A stretch of DNA of 63,946 bases, filler included, from Vicugna vicugna (GCA_013265495.1; 75 parts of 73 records of this genome joined end to end with filler, not necessarily neighbours in it); one strand, 5' to 3'. Shown: positions 36,327-48,753, counted from the whole stretch's first letter. Notes: a model not told the origin generated them from the sequence alone. Translations and numbers: made by a program.

Positions 36327-39300
36327 AAAGCTATACTTCAAGTCTTTATTTTGCATTCACTTTAAAAACATTGTTACTATGTAGATAATTCTGGTTGACA
36401 TTTTTCCTTCAGCTCTGCAGAGATGTTGTACTTTCTCCTCGTTTTTATAATTTCTAGCAATGTTTGCTTCCAATCCTAATTTTTCTTGCTCTATATGTAG
36501 TGTTTCATTTTTTCACTGCCTACAAGTTTTTCTCTTTATACTTTGTTTTTATTGCTAGTCTGTGAGGTACATGGCCATATCTATCTTCTNNNNNNNNNNN
36601 NNNNNNNNNNNNNNNNNNNNNNNNNNNNNNNNNTTAATTAATTAANNNNNNNNNNNNNNNNNNNNNNNNNNNNNNNNNNNNNNNNNNNNCTTTGAACCTG
36701 ACTCCTCCAGATAGCGAGCCTACCTTCAGGTCCTCTTCAGTCTTCCTGCCATCATGCTTTTCTGTCTTGCATCCCAGACCCTCAGAGGTTTTCTCTCAGT
36801 GGAGTGATGGGATTCAGCCTGTAAACCAAAGCACGTTATTGAGTAGAAGCATGCAGACTTGCCAGCTGTCCATCAGAAAACCTAGAGCCATGGCATTCAC
36901 AGAGGGAAATTCATGTTTTCTTAAACAGAGAGGAGTGCATTTTCTGTTTGTCTGTTGAGAAAGTACTTGTCTCAGTAAACATGGGGATGAAGAGAATAGA
37001 AACTGACTATGGCTTTCAGTTTTAGTGGCAGATGGAGATGCATGGACCAATTTCAGATTGTGGAGCTTGGAGTTAAATGTCTTCTTTGGCACCCCTTTGA
37101 GTAGAAACTACTTTTTCTGTCTCTGGATGACACATTAGACCTCAGAAAATACCTATGACCCCAAGGCATTGCCATATTTCTAATGAGATTTTAACTTACA
37201 TTGACCATCTGAAAAGATTCCTTCACAATGCCTTTCCAGCTGCTCAGCTACAAAAAAATAGATGAGTCACTTTACTAACAAGGGTATTTCCTTAACAGCA
37301 TGAATTGTGTGGAAAGGGTGGAGGGAGGTGGCGATGAAAAATGAAACTTGATTGCTTCTGTTTGAAATAACTGTCTGATTAAAACAACAGAAACAATAAC
37401 ACCTCCAACAAAGAGGAAAGCATCCTCTACCACCAAAACAACACAATAGTTTTCACTTTGGATGGACCATTTCCTTTGAAATGAAAAAAAAAANNNNNNN
37501 NNNNNNNNNNNNNNNNNNNNNNNNNNNNNNNNNNNNNTTAATTAATTAANNNNNNNNNNNNNNNNNNNNNNNNNNNNNNNNNNNNNNNNNNNNGTTTAAC
37601 ACATGATCCATTAGAACCTCTCTTTTCAAATCCTGGAGGTTTGGTGGAAAAAGATGGAAAAAATGTAAATACTGTATACATTACAGAAGAGATCTTACAA
37701 AATTCTATCAATAAATATCCACAAAACTATTGCATGTCACTGTTAAAATTCAATTTCTCTATTCTGTTGAAAAAATTCCATTGGTTACATATCTCATTTA
37801 AGTGTTGGAAAGAATACTCAGTGACTACTAAGAAATGATGGACAATCTGAATTACATAGCCAATTAACTATATTTGATAAAAGTATATGTGTGCTTATCA
37901 CATTAATATAATGTAGAATAAGATGGCTATAATTGTGGATGACTGGATCTACAGAGGTAGTAAAATGGTCCTGCTAGCTAGTAAATATGATTAGATTNNN
38001 NNNNNNNNNNNNNNNNNNNNNNNNNNNNNNNNNNNNNNNNNTTAATTAATTAANNNNNNNNNNNNNNNNNNNNNNNNNNNNNNNNNNNNNNNNNNNNGTG
38101 GGAATGCTTTGAGCAAGTTCTGCATGCTCTCTGTGCCAGAAGAGAATTTTCACATGATTAAAGTGGTGGCTAATTCTGCTTTTATTTTTGTCCCAACCCC
38201 TCCTACCGTAAGTCAAGCCAGGAGGAAATCCTCTGAGGGCCGGGACTGAGTTCCCCTCATTCCGTGTCTCCTGCACACGACACGGATGTGCAGGCACGCG
38301 GGGGTGTTTGCCAGCTGGATGAGTGAGTGGTGAAGGAATGAAGCTCATCTTGTGTGTGACAGCCCAGAGGCAGCACATCTGTCTCCCTTCCTGGACACAC
38401 GCTTCAGCAAAAGGCAGCACAAGGTAGTGCTCTGAGGTTACTCGGTTTGGGCGGTGCGATCCTTAGAGAAGTGGCCCTTGTGTGATGCTGACACCCCAGC
38501 CGTCTGCAGTCTGTTCATTGCCCTCTGGAGTCAGAGAGGAAAGTAGTAAATGGTTTATTCACAGTTCAAGTACTGAGTGTTGTTTTTGCTGTTTTCCTCC
38601 CTCTAGTAACAGATTTAGATTGAGNNNNNNNNNNNNNNNNNNNNNNNNNNNNNNNNNNNNNNNNNNNNTTAATTAATTAANNNNNNNNNNNNNNNNNNNN
38701 NNNNNNNNNNNNNNNNNNNNNNNNGGGGCAAATAGCACCTTGTGAATTTTTTTTAATAAATAAATAATGCTCCACTTCCTACCACCTGCAATTATGATAA
38801 GACTGAGTATAAGTTCTTACAACAAATAGTGTAGAAATCATAATTTCTACTTGATTCAAACCACTTCTTCTATAAAATTTGAATCTTTTTTCTTCAGACG
38901 GATTTGTGCCATTTGACCTAGTGATAAAATTTTCAACTNNNNNNNNNNNNNNNNNNNNNNNNNNNNNNNNNNNNNNNNNNNNNNNNNNNNNNNNNNNNNN
39001 NNNNNNNNNNNNNNNNNNNNNNNNNNNNNNNNNNNNNNNNNNNNNNNNNNNNNNNNNNNNNNNNNNNNNNNNNNNNNNNNNNNNNNNNNNNNNNNNNNNN
39101 NNNNNNNNNNNNNNNNNNNNNNNNNNNNNNNNNNNNNNNNNNNNNNNNNNNNNNNNNNNNNNNNNNNNNNNNNNNNNNNNNNNNNNNNNNNNNNNNNNNN
39201 NNNNNNNNNNNNNNNNNNNNNNNNNNNNNNNNNNNNNNNNNNNNNNNNNNNNNNNNNNNNNNNNNNNNNNNNNNNNNNNNNNNNNNNNNNNNNNNNNNNN

Positions 39301-40137
39301 NNNNNNNNNNNNNNNNNNNNNNNNNNNNNNNNNNNNNNNNNNNNNNNNNNNNNNNNNNNNNNNNNNNNNNNNNNNNNNNNNNNNNNNNNNNNNNNNNNNN
39401 NNNNNNNNNNNNNNNNNNNNNNNNNNNNNNNNNNNNNNNNNNNNNNNNNNNNNNNATGGTGAACATCCTGGGTCAGATATTTAAGTAGAAATTACCAATC
39501 ACATTGAGGTGTGCTTTGTTGTTTTANNNNNNNNNNNNNNNNNNNNNNNNNNNNNNNNNNNNNNNNNNNNTTAATTAATTAANNNNNNNNNNNNNNNNNN
39601 NNNNNNNNNNNNNNNNNNNNNNNNNNGGTAGCAGCAGTTCCCAGCTCACTTGACTGCAGAGCACTTTTCCCAGTGTGTCTGGTAGGTGATGTAGTCGGAG
39701 GAACTCACTTCAAGAAATGCAGGCCTGCTGCCCTGTGAGTAACAGAAGCATGGTGTGTGCCTCAGAGGGGCTTACAGTAAAGGTGGGGAAATGAAACTAG
39801 GTCATGAAATAGTCTCATTACATGTTACTGTTCTTGTAAAATGAGATCAGCTTGAATGGCTGTTGACAAGGCTGTCAAACTCTGAGCGATCTTTTAAAAA
39901 CTGACAAAAACATGAAGGCACCATATCAACAAGGTGTAGAATAAAACTGCCTCATGTCCCTTTATGGAATGAGATGGGTATAAATATACATTGATTTGAC
40001 TAAATAGGAGTCAAATAGGAGGTTATTTTGTTTTGGANNNNNNNNNNNNNNNNNNNNNNNNNNNNNNNNNNNNNNNNNNNNTTAATTAATTAANNNNNNN
40101 NNNNNNNNNNNNNNNNNNNNNNNNNNNNNNNNNNNNN

Positions 40138-41241
40138 TGTTACAACCACCAAACAATTTACCTATGCACTTTGAAATATTTAAATTGACTTGGTTGATTC
40201 TTCCTATCACGAGTTTCAAGAATCACACTTTGATCCCAGAAAAACCCTCTTGGAGCGAATTCTAACCTAGAGATATGTAATTTGAATAGATTCCATCTAC
40301 ATGATATTCCATGTTCCGTAAATGACGGATTACACAAACATGCATTCCTGAGTTGAGAGCATGTGGATTACTAATCTTTCATCCTCTATAAAAAGAATAG
40401 TTTCATCTAGACACGTGTATTCATTTTCACAAACTTTCCCTAACACCAGGTTCGAATTCGTGCTTTTTTCACAGAGAAAGATTTCTGGGGCATTTTCCAC
40501 CTAACAGATATCTAATTTACATGAATTCCATCAACATGGCATTTCCGGGTTCCGTACATGATACATGTATGACGGATTCGACAATCATGCGTTTCTGACT
40601 TCTGAGCATGTGGATTACTGACCTTTCATCCACCGAACAAGGCATATATAGACTTAGAAATATTTACTGTGACTTCATAGGTTTTTCCTATCATCAGGTA
40701 CTAAAATCGGACATTTGGCACCAGAAAACACACTTTGAGCGAATTCTCACCAATACACATGTAATTTACATTGTTTACATNNNNNNNNNNNNNNNNNNNN
40801 NNNNNNNNNNNNNNNNNNNNNNNNNNNNNNNNNNNNNNNNNNNNNNNNNNNNNNNNNNNNNNNNNNNNNNNNNNNNNNNNNNNNNNNNNNNNNNNNNNNN
40901 NNNNNNNNNNNNNNNNNNNNNNNNNNNNNNNNNNNNNNNNNNNNNNNNNNNNNNNNNNNNNNNNNNNNNNNNNNNNNNNNNNNNNNNNNNNNNNNNNNNN
41001 NNNAATTAGAATGCATCAGCATGATATTCCGTGTTCCGTATATGCTACATACATGACCGAAAAGACAAACATGCATTCCTGATTTGAGGGCATCTGGATA
41101 ACTAATCTTTCATCCTCTATAAAAGGAATATTTTCATCTAGACACGTGTACACATTTTCACAAGCTTTCCCTAACACCATTTTCGAATCCGTTCTCTTTT
41201 CACAGAAAAATTCTTCAGGAGCTATTTCCACCTAACAGATA
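40138..41241. repeat. Satellite family C
   Basis: Subunit anchors catg at 40339 and 40586 (247 bp). Confidence 0.94.
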
Positions 41242-41734
41242 NNNNNNNNNNNNNNNNNNNNNNNNNNNNNNNNNNNNNNNNNNNNTTAATTAATTAANNN
41301 NNNNNNNNNNNNNNNNNNNNNNNNNNNNNNNNNNNNNNNNNCCGGGGAGCGTGAGTGAAGAAAAGCTGAAGAGATGCTTTGAAAACTGTGTGTGTGAGAT
41401 GTGGTGCTCGTTGGACATGCGGTGGTGGAAAGCAGGTGCGGGGGAGGCTGCGACTCAGAGTGCAAATAGGTAGGTGGCTTTTGTGCCACTAACGAAGGAC
41501 GATTGGGTATTTGAATCGCCAGTGAGCATTTCGATGCAAACAACCGATAGGCAGTTGGAAAGAGAAATAGACAACTCGAGAGGGAGGTCCGCAGCCTGTG
41601 CGTGGTGAGCTGATGGTGTGTTGTCAGATGATTGACAGATGGCGTGTGAAACAATGGGAGAACGGAATTGGACCAGATCCCTGGGGAACAGCAGTACTGG
41701 AGGGGAATTAAAAAAGAAGCCATTCTGTCAAATA

Positions 41735-42175
41735 TTTTAAAAAATACAGAACCTCGCAAAATGTTCCCCAAAACAGGAGAAACCACTCTCAACTTACTTC
41801 ATGAAGCCAGTAATTCCAGTGCCAAAGATACCATAAGAAACCTATAGACCAACATCATTCATGAGTAGAGATGCAAAATTTCTTAACAAAAAATCAGCAA
41901 ACCAAATTAAGCAACATATAAAAATGATTATACACCACGGCCAAATAGGATCTATTTCAGAAATTTGAGATTGGTTTCTCATCAGATCATCAGTTACTCT
42001 GATACATCATGTTAGTACAATAAAAGACAAAACCACGTGATCACATCAGGAGAAATGGATGAATAAGCCGACAGTATCCAACACCTGTTCATGATAAAAA
42101 CCCAGCTAGGAACACAAAGGACACATCTCAGCCTAACAATAGGCACCTGTGAAAAACTGCAGTTACAATCACACT
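41735..42175 (+). mobile_element. Old LINE-1 ORF2 (RT N-terminal) fragment
   Basis: gaaacctatagaccaacatcattcatgagtagagatgcaaaatttcttaacaaaaaatcagcaaaccaaattaagcaacatataaaaatgattatacaccacggccaaatagga corresponds to [38 protein letters not shown]. Confidence 0.9.
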
Positions 42176-42193
42176 TGGGGGAAAATCACACTT

Positions 42194-42256
42194 GGGGGAG
42201 GGTGTGGCTCAGTGGTAGAGCGCATGCCTGGCATGCATGAGGTCCTGGGTTCAAAT
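42194..42256 (+). mobile_element. tRNA-Ala-derived SINE 5' part (camelid Vic-1-like), 3'-truncated
   Basis: gggggagggtgtggctcagtggtagagcgcatgcctggcatgcatgaggtcctgggttcaaat: A-box tggctcagtgg, B-box ggttcaaat, tRNA-Ala-like anticodon arm; no acceptor stem completion. Confidence 0.75.
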
Positions 42257-42382
42257 TGCGTTATATCTTGGGGAACCATGGANNNNNNNNNNNNNNNNNN
42301 NNNNNNNNNNNNNNNNNNNNNNNNNNTTAATTAATTAANNNNNNNNNNNNNNNNNNNNNNNNNNNNNNNNNNNNNNNNNNNN

Positions 42383-43398
42383 CTCCACGCAGCTCTCTTC
42401 AGTCACAGGATTTCCCTGTTTGGGGAAGACCCAGAAATAGCTTCCCTGACCTTGGGGAGGCAGCCTCTGTCACTGGGAAATCCTGCAAACCCCCCTAGCA
42501 TTCCCAGGTACAGAGACATTAGGAAAACACTCAGGGGAGTCGAGCTAAGGCTTTTCGTTAGAACCCACGAGCTTCCGACCGTTGGTGGAACCTCCCCACG
42601 TTCAGAATTCCGGAACCATTGTCAGTGCGTGGCGGAACTCGAGAGACAACTCCACGCAGCTCTCTTCATTCACAGGTGTTCCCTGTGCGGAGAAGTCCGA
42701 GAAATAACTTCCCTTTCCTTGGGAAGTAAGCCTCTGACCCTGGGATATCCTGCAAACACCCCAAGCATTTCCTGGCACAGAGACATTAGGAAACGACTCA
42801 GGGGATGCGAGCTTAGGCTTTCGGTTAGAACCCACGTGCTGCCGACCGTTGGTGGAACCTCCCCAAGCTCAGGATTCCGGAACCATTGTCAGTGCGTGGG
42901 TGAGCTCGAGAGACAACTCCACGCAGCTCTCTTCAGTCACAGGTGTTCCCTGTTCGGGGAAGTCCGAGAAATACCTTCCCTGAACTTGGGGAGGCAGCCT
43001 CTGTCACTGGGATATCCTGCCAAAACCCTAGCATTCCCTGGCACAGAGACATTAGGAANNNNNNNNNNNNNNNNNNNNNNNNNNNNNNNNNNNNNNNNNN
43101 NNNNNNNNNNNNNNNNNNNNNNNNNNNNNNNNNNNNNNNNNNNNNNNNNNAGAATGTCAGTGCGTGGGGGAGCTCGAGAGACAGCTCCACGCAGCTCTCT
43201 TCAGTCACAGGTGTTCCCTGTTCGGGGAAGTCCGAGAAATAATTTCCCTGAATTTGGGGAGGCAGCCTCTGTCACTGGGATATCCTGCCAACACCCCTAT
43301 CATTCCCTGGCACAGAGACATTAGGAAAAACGTCAGGGGTGACGAACTTAGGGATTCCGTTAGAACGCACGCTCTGCCGACCGTTGGTGGAACCTCCC
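42383..43398 (+). repeat. Satellite family A, period-defining scaffold
   Basis: ctccacgc at 42383, 42650, 42917: period exactly 267. Confidence 0.97.
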
Positions 43399-44718
43399 NN
43401 NNNNNNNNNNNNNNNNNNNNNNNNNNNNNNNNNNNNNNNNNNTTAATTAATTAANNNNNNNNNNNNNNNNNNNNNNNNNNNNNNNNNNNNNNNNNNNNGG
43501 ACCTCTGGGCTTCCTTCTTGCAGCTTCTGGCGGTGGGAAAACACAGGGTCAAGTGTGAAGACCCAGCCGCCTGTGGCAAGCTGGCCAGAAGGGGGTTCTC
43601 AGGAAAGTCCCAGCAGTTGCTGCAAAGGTTCATCCTGGGGATTCTGTCCATGTGTCCCCTGCCCAGCACTGGCTGCCAGTTTTCACTTAAGGTTGGTGGG
43701 GATGAATTCTAAGTTCTAAACGGAACTTTAATATTTGAAAGCAAACCCTGGATCTCACCTGTTAGAAGTAAAATTGTAATACCCACTTTCCTCTAGGACT
43801 TCTTCAATCACAGTCTAAAATGGAAAAAGAAATCAGGTTAGTACTGAATTAAAAGCAACAAAATAGAATCATTCAGAGGCACTGCAGAAACCTCACCTGC
43901 ATCTGTTCATACATGATGCCCTNNNNNNNNNNNNNNNNNNNNNNNNNNNNNNNNNNNNNNNNNNNNNNNNNNNNNNNNNNNNNNNNNNNNNNNNNNNNNN
44001 NNNNNNNNNNNNNNNNNNNNNNNNNNNNNNNNNNNNNNNNNNNNNNNNNNNNNNNNNNNNNNNNNNNNNNNNNNNNNNNNNNNNNNNNNNNNNNNNNNNN
44101 NNNNNNNNNNNNNNNNNNNNNNNNNNNNNNNNNNNNNNNNNNNNNNNNNNNNNNNNNNNNNNNNNNNNNNNNNNNNNNNNNNNNNNNNNNNNNNNNNNNN
44201 NNNNNNNNNNNNNNNNNNNNNNNNNNNNNNNNNNNNNNNNNNNNNNNNNNNNNNNNNNNNNNNNNNNNNNNNNNNNNNNNNNNNNNNNNNNNNNNNNNNN
44301 NNNNNNNNNNNNNNNNNNNNNNNNNNNNNNNNNNNNNNNNNNNNNNNNNNNNNNNNNNNNNNNNNNNNNNNNNNNNNNNNNNNNNNNNNNNNNNNNNNNN
44401 NNNNNNNNNNNNNNNNNNNNNNNNNNNCCAGGAGGGAAATAAAATGCATTTAAAGCTAGAAGACAATATTCCTTTTGCTGTTTAGTCTGAGTGCCAACAC
44501 TTAACCTACTCTGGTGCCAGCCAAAGCAGTGTTGACCATCTTCCACTCAAAATAATCAACACGTGGAGGCCATGAGTTCCCCTGACACTCAGGAGAGAGA
44601 AGAGAATGGGTTGAAGGCNNNNNNNNNNNNNNNNNNNNNNNNNNNNNNNNNNNNNNNNNNNNTTAATTAATTAANNNNNNNNNNNNNNNNNNNNNNNNNN
44701 NNNNNNNNNNNNNNNNNN

Positions 44719-44955
44719 AGATTTTTGTTTTGTTCTGTTTTACTGGTTATTGAATTGTGTGGCATTTTTGTGCATTTTGGGTAACTCCTAATCCGGTGTT
44801 TGGTGTGCATGTGTTCTGTTCCATTCCACAAGTCGCCTTTTCAGTTTTGCTGATTGTGTCTTCTGATGTGCGGAAGCTGCTCAGTTTGATGAAGTACTAC
44901 CAGTTTGATTTTTGCTTTTCTTGCTGTGCTTTTGGTGTCATTTCCCCGAAATCCT
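44719..44955 (-). mobile_element. LINE-1 ORF2 3' fragment
   Basis: gccttttcagttttgctgattgtgtcttctgatgtgcggaagctgctcagtttgatgaagt...cttttggtgtcat. Confidence 0.8.
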
Positions 44956-45114
44956 NNNNNNNNNNNNNNNNNNNNNNNNNNNNNNNNNNNNNNNNNNNNN
45001 NNNNTGGAAAACTGATGAAAATTCACCAAAAAAAAAATTACAAACAGAGCTACCATATGATCCGGCAACCAGCAAATCCCACTGCTGGGTTTGTAAGAAG
45101 AGGAAATTTGCAAG

Positions 45115-45266
45115 CAGAGGTCCTTGTAAGAGGGAAATTTGGGCACAGAGATGCACAGAGGTAAGTCCCCATGAAGACTTGGGGAGAAGGTGACAGTCCC
45201 CAGCCAAGCAGAATGCACCTGGAGGAAACCAGTCTTGATCTCGAACTTCTAGCCACCAGAACCACG
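45115..45266 (+). mobile_element. MaLR LTR (MLT1-like) fragment, preceded by a short sense L1 piece (45005-45085)
   Basis: gtccttgtaagagggaaatttgggcacagag...gagaaggtgacagtccccagccaag...gaggaaaccagtcttgatctcgaacttctagccaccagaac. Confidence 0.75.
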
Positions 45267-45366
45267 NNNNNNNNNNNNNNNNNNNNNNNNNNNNNNNNNN
45301 NNNNNNNNNNTTAATTAATTAANNNNNNNNNNNNNNNNNNNNNNNNNNNNNNNNNNNNNNNNNNNN

Positions 45367-46529
45367 TGCACTCTGAAATATTTACTTTGACTTTGTTGCT
45401 TCTTCCTATCATCAGTTTCATGAATCACAGTTTGATCCCAGAAAAACTTTCTTGGAGCGAATTCTAACCTAGAGATATGTAATTTGAATATATTCCATCT
45501 ACATGATATTCCGTGTTCATTTCATGCTACATACATGAATGATTTGACAAACATACATTCCTGAGTTTAGAGCATGTGGATTACTAATCTTTCATCCACT
45601 ATAAAAGGAATATTTTCATCTAGACTCGTGTACCCATTTTCCCAAGCTTTCCCTAAAACCAGTTTCGAATTCGTGGTTTTTTCACAGAAAAATAGTTCTG
45701 GAGCGATTTCCACGTAATAGGTATGTAATTTNNNNNNNNNNNNNNNNNNNNNNNNNNNNNNNNNNNNNNNNNNNNNNNNNNNNNNNNNNNNNNNNNNNNN
45801 NNNNNNNNNNNNNNNNNNNNNNNNNNNNNNNNNNNNNNNNNNNNNNNNNNNNNNNNNNNNNNNNNNNNNNNNNNNNNNNNNNNNNNNNNNNNNNNNNNNN
45901 NNNNNNNNNNNNNNNNNNNNNNNNNNNNNNNNNNNNNNNNNNNNNNNNNNNNNNNNNNNNNNNNNNNNNNNNNNNNNNNNNNNNNNNNNNNNNNNNNNNN
46001 NNNNNNNNNNNNNNNNNNNNNNNNNNNNNNNNNNNNNNNNNNNNNNNNNNNNNNNNNNNNNNNNNNNNNNNNNNNNNNNNNNNNNNNNNNNNNNNNNNNN
46101 NNNNNNNNNNNNNNNNNNNNNNNNNNNNNNNNNNNNNNNNNNNNNNNNNNNNNNNNNNNNNNNNNNNNNNNNNNNNNNNNNNNNNNNNNNNNNNNNNNNN
46201 NNNNNNNNNNNNNNNNNNNNNNNNNNNNNNNNNNNNNNNNNNNNNNNNNNNNNNNNNNNNNNNNNNNNNNNNNNNNNNNNNNNNNNNNNNNNNNNNNNNN
46301 NNNNNNNNNNNNNNNNNNNNNNNNNNNNNNNNNNNNNNNNNNNNNNNNNNNNNNNNNNNNNNNNNNNNNNNNNNNNNNNNNNNNNNNNNNNNNNNNNNNN
46401 NNNNNNNNNNNNNNNNNNNNNNNNNNNNNNNNNNNNNNACGTAATAGGTATTTAATTTACATGAATTCCATCAACATGGCCTTTCGGGTTCCTTACATGC
46501 TAAATGTATGACGGATTCGGCAATCATGC
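45367..46529. repeat. Satellite family C
   Basis: C subunits on both sides of a gap. Confidence 0.93.
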
Positions 46530-47764
46530 NNNNNNNNNNNNNNNNNNNNNNNNNNNNNNNNNNNNNNNNNNNNTTAATTAATTAANNNNNNNNNNNNNNN
46601 NNNNNNNNNNNNNNNNNNNNNNNNNNNNNCTAAAGCAGAATCTATGTTTGAGGTCCTTGGTCAGCTTAATAGAGGTAAGTGACATGAACAATCTGTATGT
46701 TAATAGTAAGAGCAAGATAAAGCTTAGGTGTAGACAGGCCACAAGCCAGGGAAAACAGGGAAGGGAGAGATAGAGGAATACATCATTGAGAAAAAGGAGG
46801 AGATATATATATTTCACACAGGATACATATATCGGGCCTGCTTCTGGCATCTCAGCATACATGTAATCAAATAGTTTATATACTTTAATACCTTATACTT
46901 TGTTACTTTGCTATGAAGTAAGGAGATTGGGAAACATGATTGAATAGGCTCTACAGCTGAACATTTTAGAATTGCAAATAATAATATTTATGCTACAATA
47001 TGGATCTTGGCTAAAGGAGAAACTCCTAACATAAGAAAATAGATCAACTGCCTACCGGTATATTTTCCCCAGTAGGCAGAGAAGCAGAGAGGGTATGTTC
47101 TTTANNNNNNNNNNNNNNNNNNNNNNNNNNNNNNNNNNNNNNNNNNNNTTAATTAATTAANNNNNNNNNNNNNNNNNNNNNNNNNNNNNNNNNNNNNNNN
47201 NNNNGGAGAAAAAGCAGGAGGACCAGCTTCGCCATCACTTGCTCCCCACTTACAGCCACAGCCACAGCCCCCGCAGGGGAGCTACACCAGGCTGAGCATG
47301 GAAGACCCCAAGGTGAAGGTGTACATGGAGGGCCATGTGGCCACCAGCACAAAAGCGAATGCCCCATGACCTGACCTCACTTGCCCAGATTCTAGAACCT
47401 GGGATCCTGGGGTGCTCAGGGCCTGTGGCTTGCTGCCTCCCCTGCCCAGGTGCAGTCACTCAGCTCCCCCTACTGGGTACTGGGTTCCTTCCTCCTCCCA
47501 CCCATCCCCAGGCAGGCAGCCAGCCCTTGCCATCACTTCACTCCCCGCAAGCCTTCATCTTCTGCAGGCTCTGAGCCTACCACCCACTCCACACTTCCTG
47601 AAGTTGTTCCTTCTAGGGGAGAAGTGCGGCTGGGAGACAGAGCTCTGCCCTTTCTGTGGGCACTNNNNNNNNNNNNNNNNNNNNNNNNNNNNNNNNNNNN
47701 NNNNNNNNTTAATTAATTAANNNNNNNNNNNNNNNNNNNNNNNNNNNNNNNNNNNNNNNNNNNN

Positions 47765-48653
47765 GCTACTTGGCCTCCAAGCCAAACTCCCAGATATCCC
47801 TCTCAGCCCAGCATAGGGACACACTCAATGAATACAAGCTAATGGATTCTATTAGAACCCAGGCGCTGCTGTCATTTGGAGGAGCCTCCCCACAATCAGG
47901 ATACCTGAGCACGTCTCCGTGTGTGTGCTGGAGGGGGGGAATCAGAGNNNNNNNNNNNNNNNNNNNNNNNNNNNNNNNNNNNNNNNNNNNNNNNNNNNNN
48001 NNNNNNNNNNNNNNNNNNNNNNNNNNNNNNNNNNNNNNNNNNNNNNNNNNNNNNNNNNNNNNNNNNNNNNNACTGCTAGGTAAAAAACTTAAGGAAGTCA
48101 AGCTGAGTTATTCTATTAGAACGCAGGCGCTGCTGTCAGTTGGAGGATCTTCCACACACTCAGGATTCCGGATCCCAGCCTTGTGTGTTGGGGAAGTATG
48201 TATACAAAGTCCACACAGATGAATGTGGGCACAGGTGTTCCAATTTAGCGTGAAATCCTCTAAGTACTTCCTCAGTAAATCGGGGGGCACTCGTTGCTAC
48301 TTGGACTTCAAACCCAACCCCCACTTTCCCCCACTCTCAGCCTAGACATGCAANNNNNNNNNNNNNNNNNNNNNNNNNNNNNNNNNNNNNNNNNNNNNNN
48401 NNNNNNNNNNNNNNNNNNNNNNNNNNNNNNNNNNNNNNNNNNNNNNNNNNNNNNNNNNNNNNNNNNNNNNNNNNNNNNNNNNNNNNNNNNNNNNNNNNNN
48501 NNNNNNNNNNNNNNNNNNNNNNNNNNNNNNNNNNNNGCACTCGCTTTGGATTTAGAGCCCAACCCTCACCTTCGCTCCCATCCCGTCCTTGGAAAACACT
48601 CAGGGAATAGAACCTAAGGGATCCTATTAGATCCCAGATGCTGCTGTCAGTGG
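47765..48653 (+). repeat. Satellite family D, mixed monomer types
   Basis: attctattagaacccaggcgctgctgtca core repeated with divergent flanks. Confidence 0.9.
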
Positions 48654-48753
48654 NNNNNNNNNNNNNNNNNNNNNNNNNNNNNNNNNNNNNNNNNNNNTTA
48701 ATTAATTAANNNNNNNNNNNNNNNNNNNNNNNNNNNNNNNNNNNNNNNNNNNN

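Noticed and set aside
42194..42265. Functional tRNA-Ala gene
   Set aside because: 3' half of the T-arm and acceptor stem are missing, it has a SINE-type leader, and it lies next to an L1 fragment
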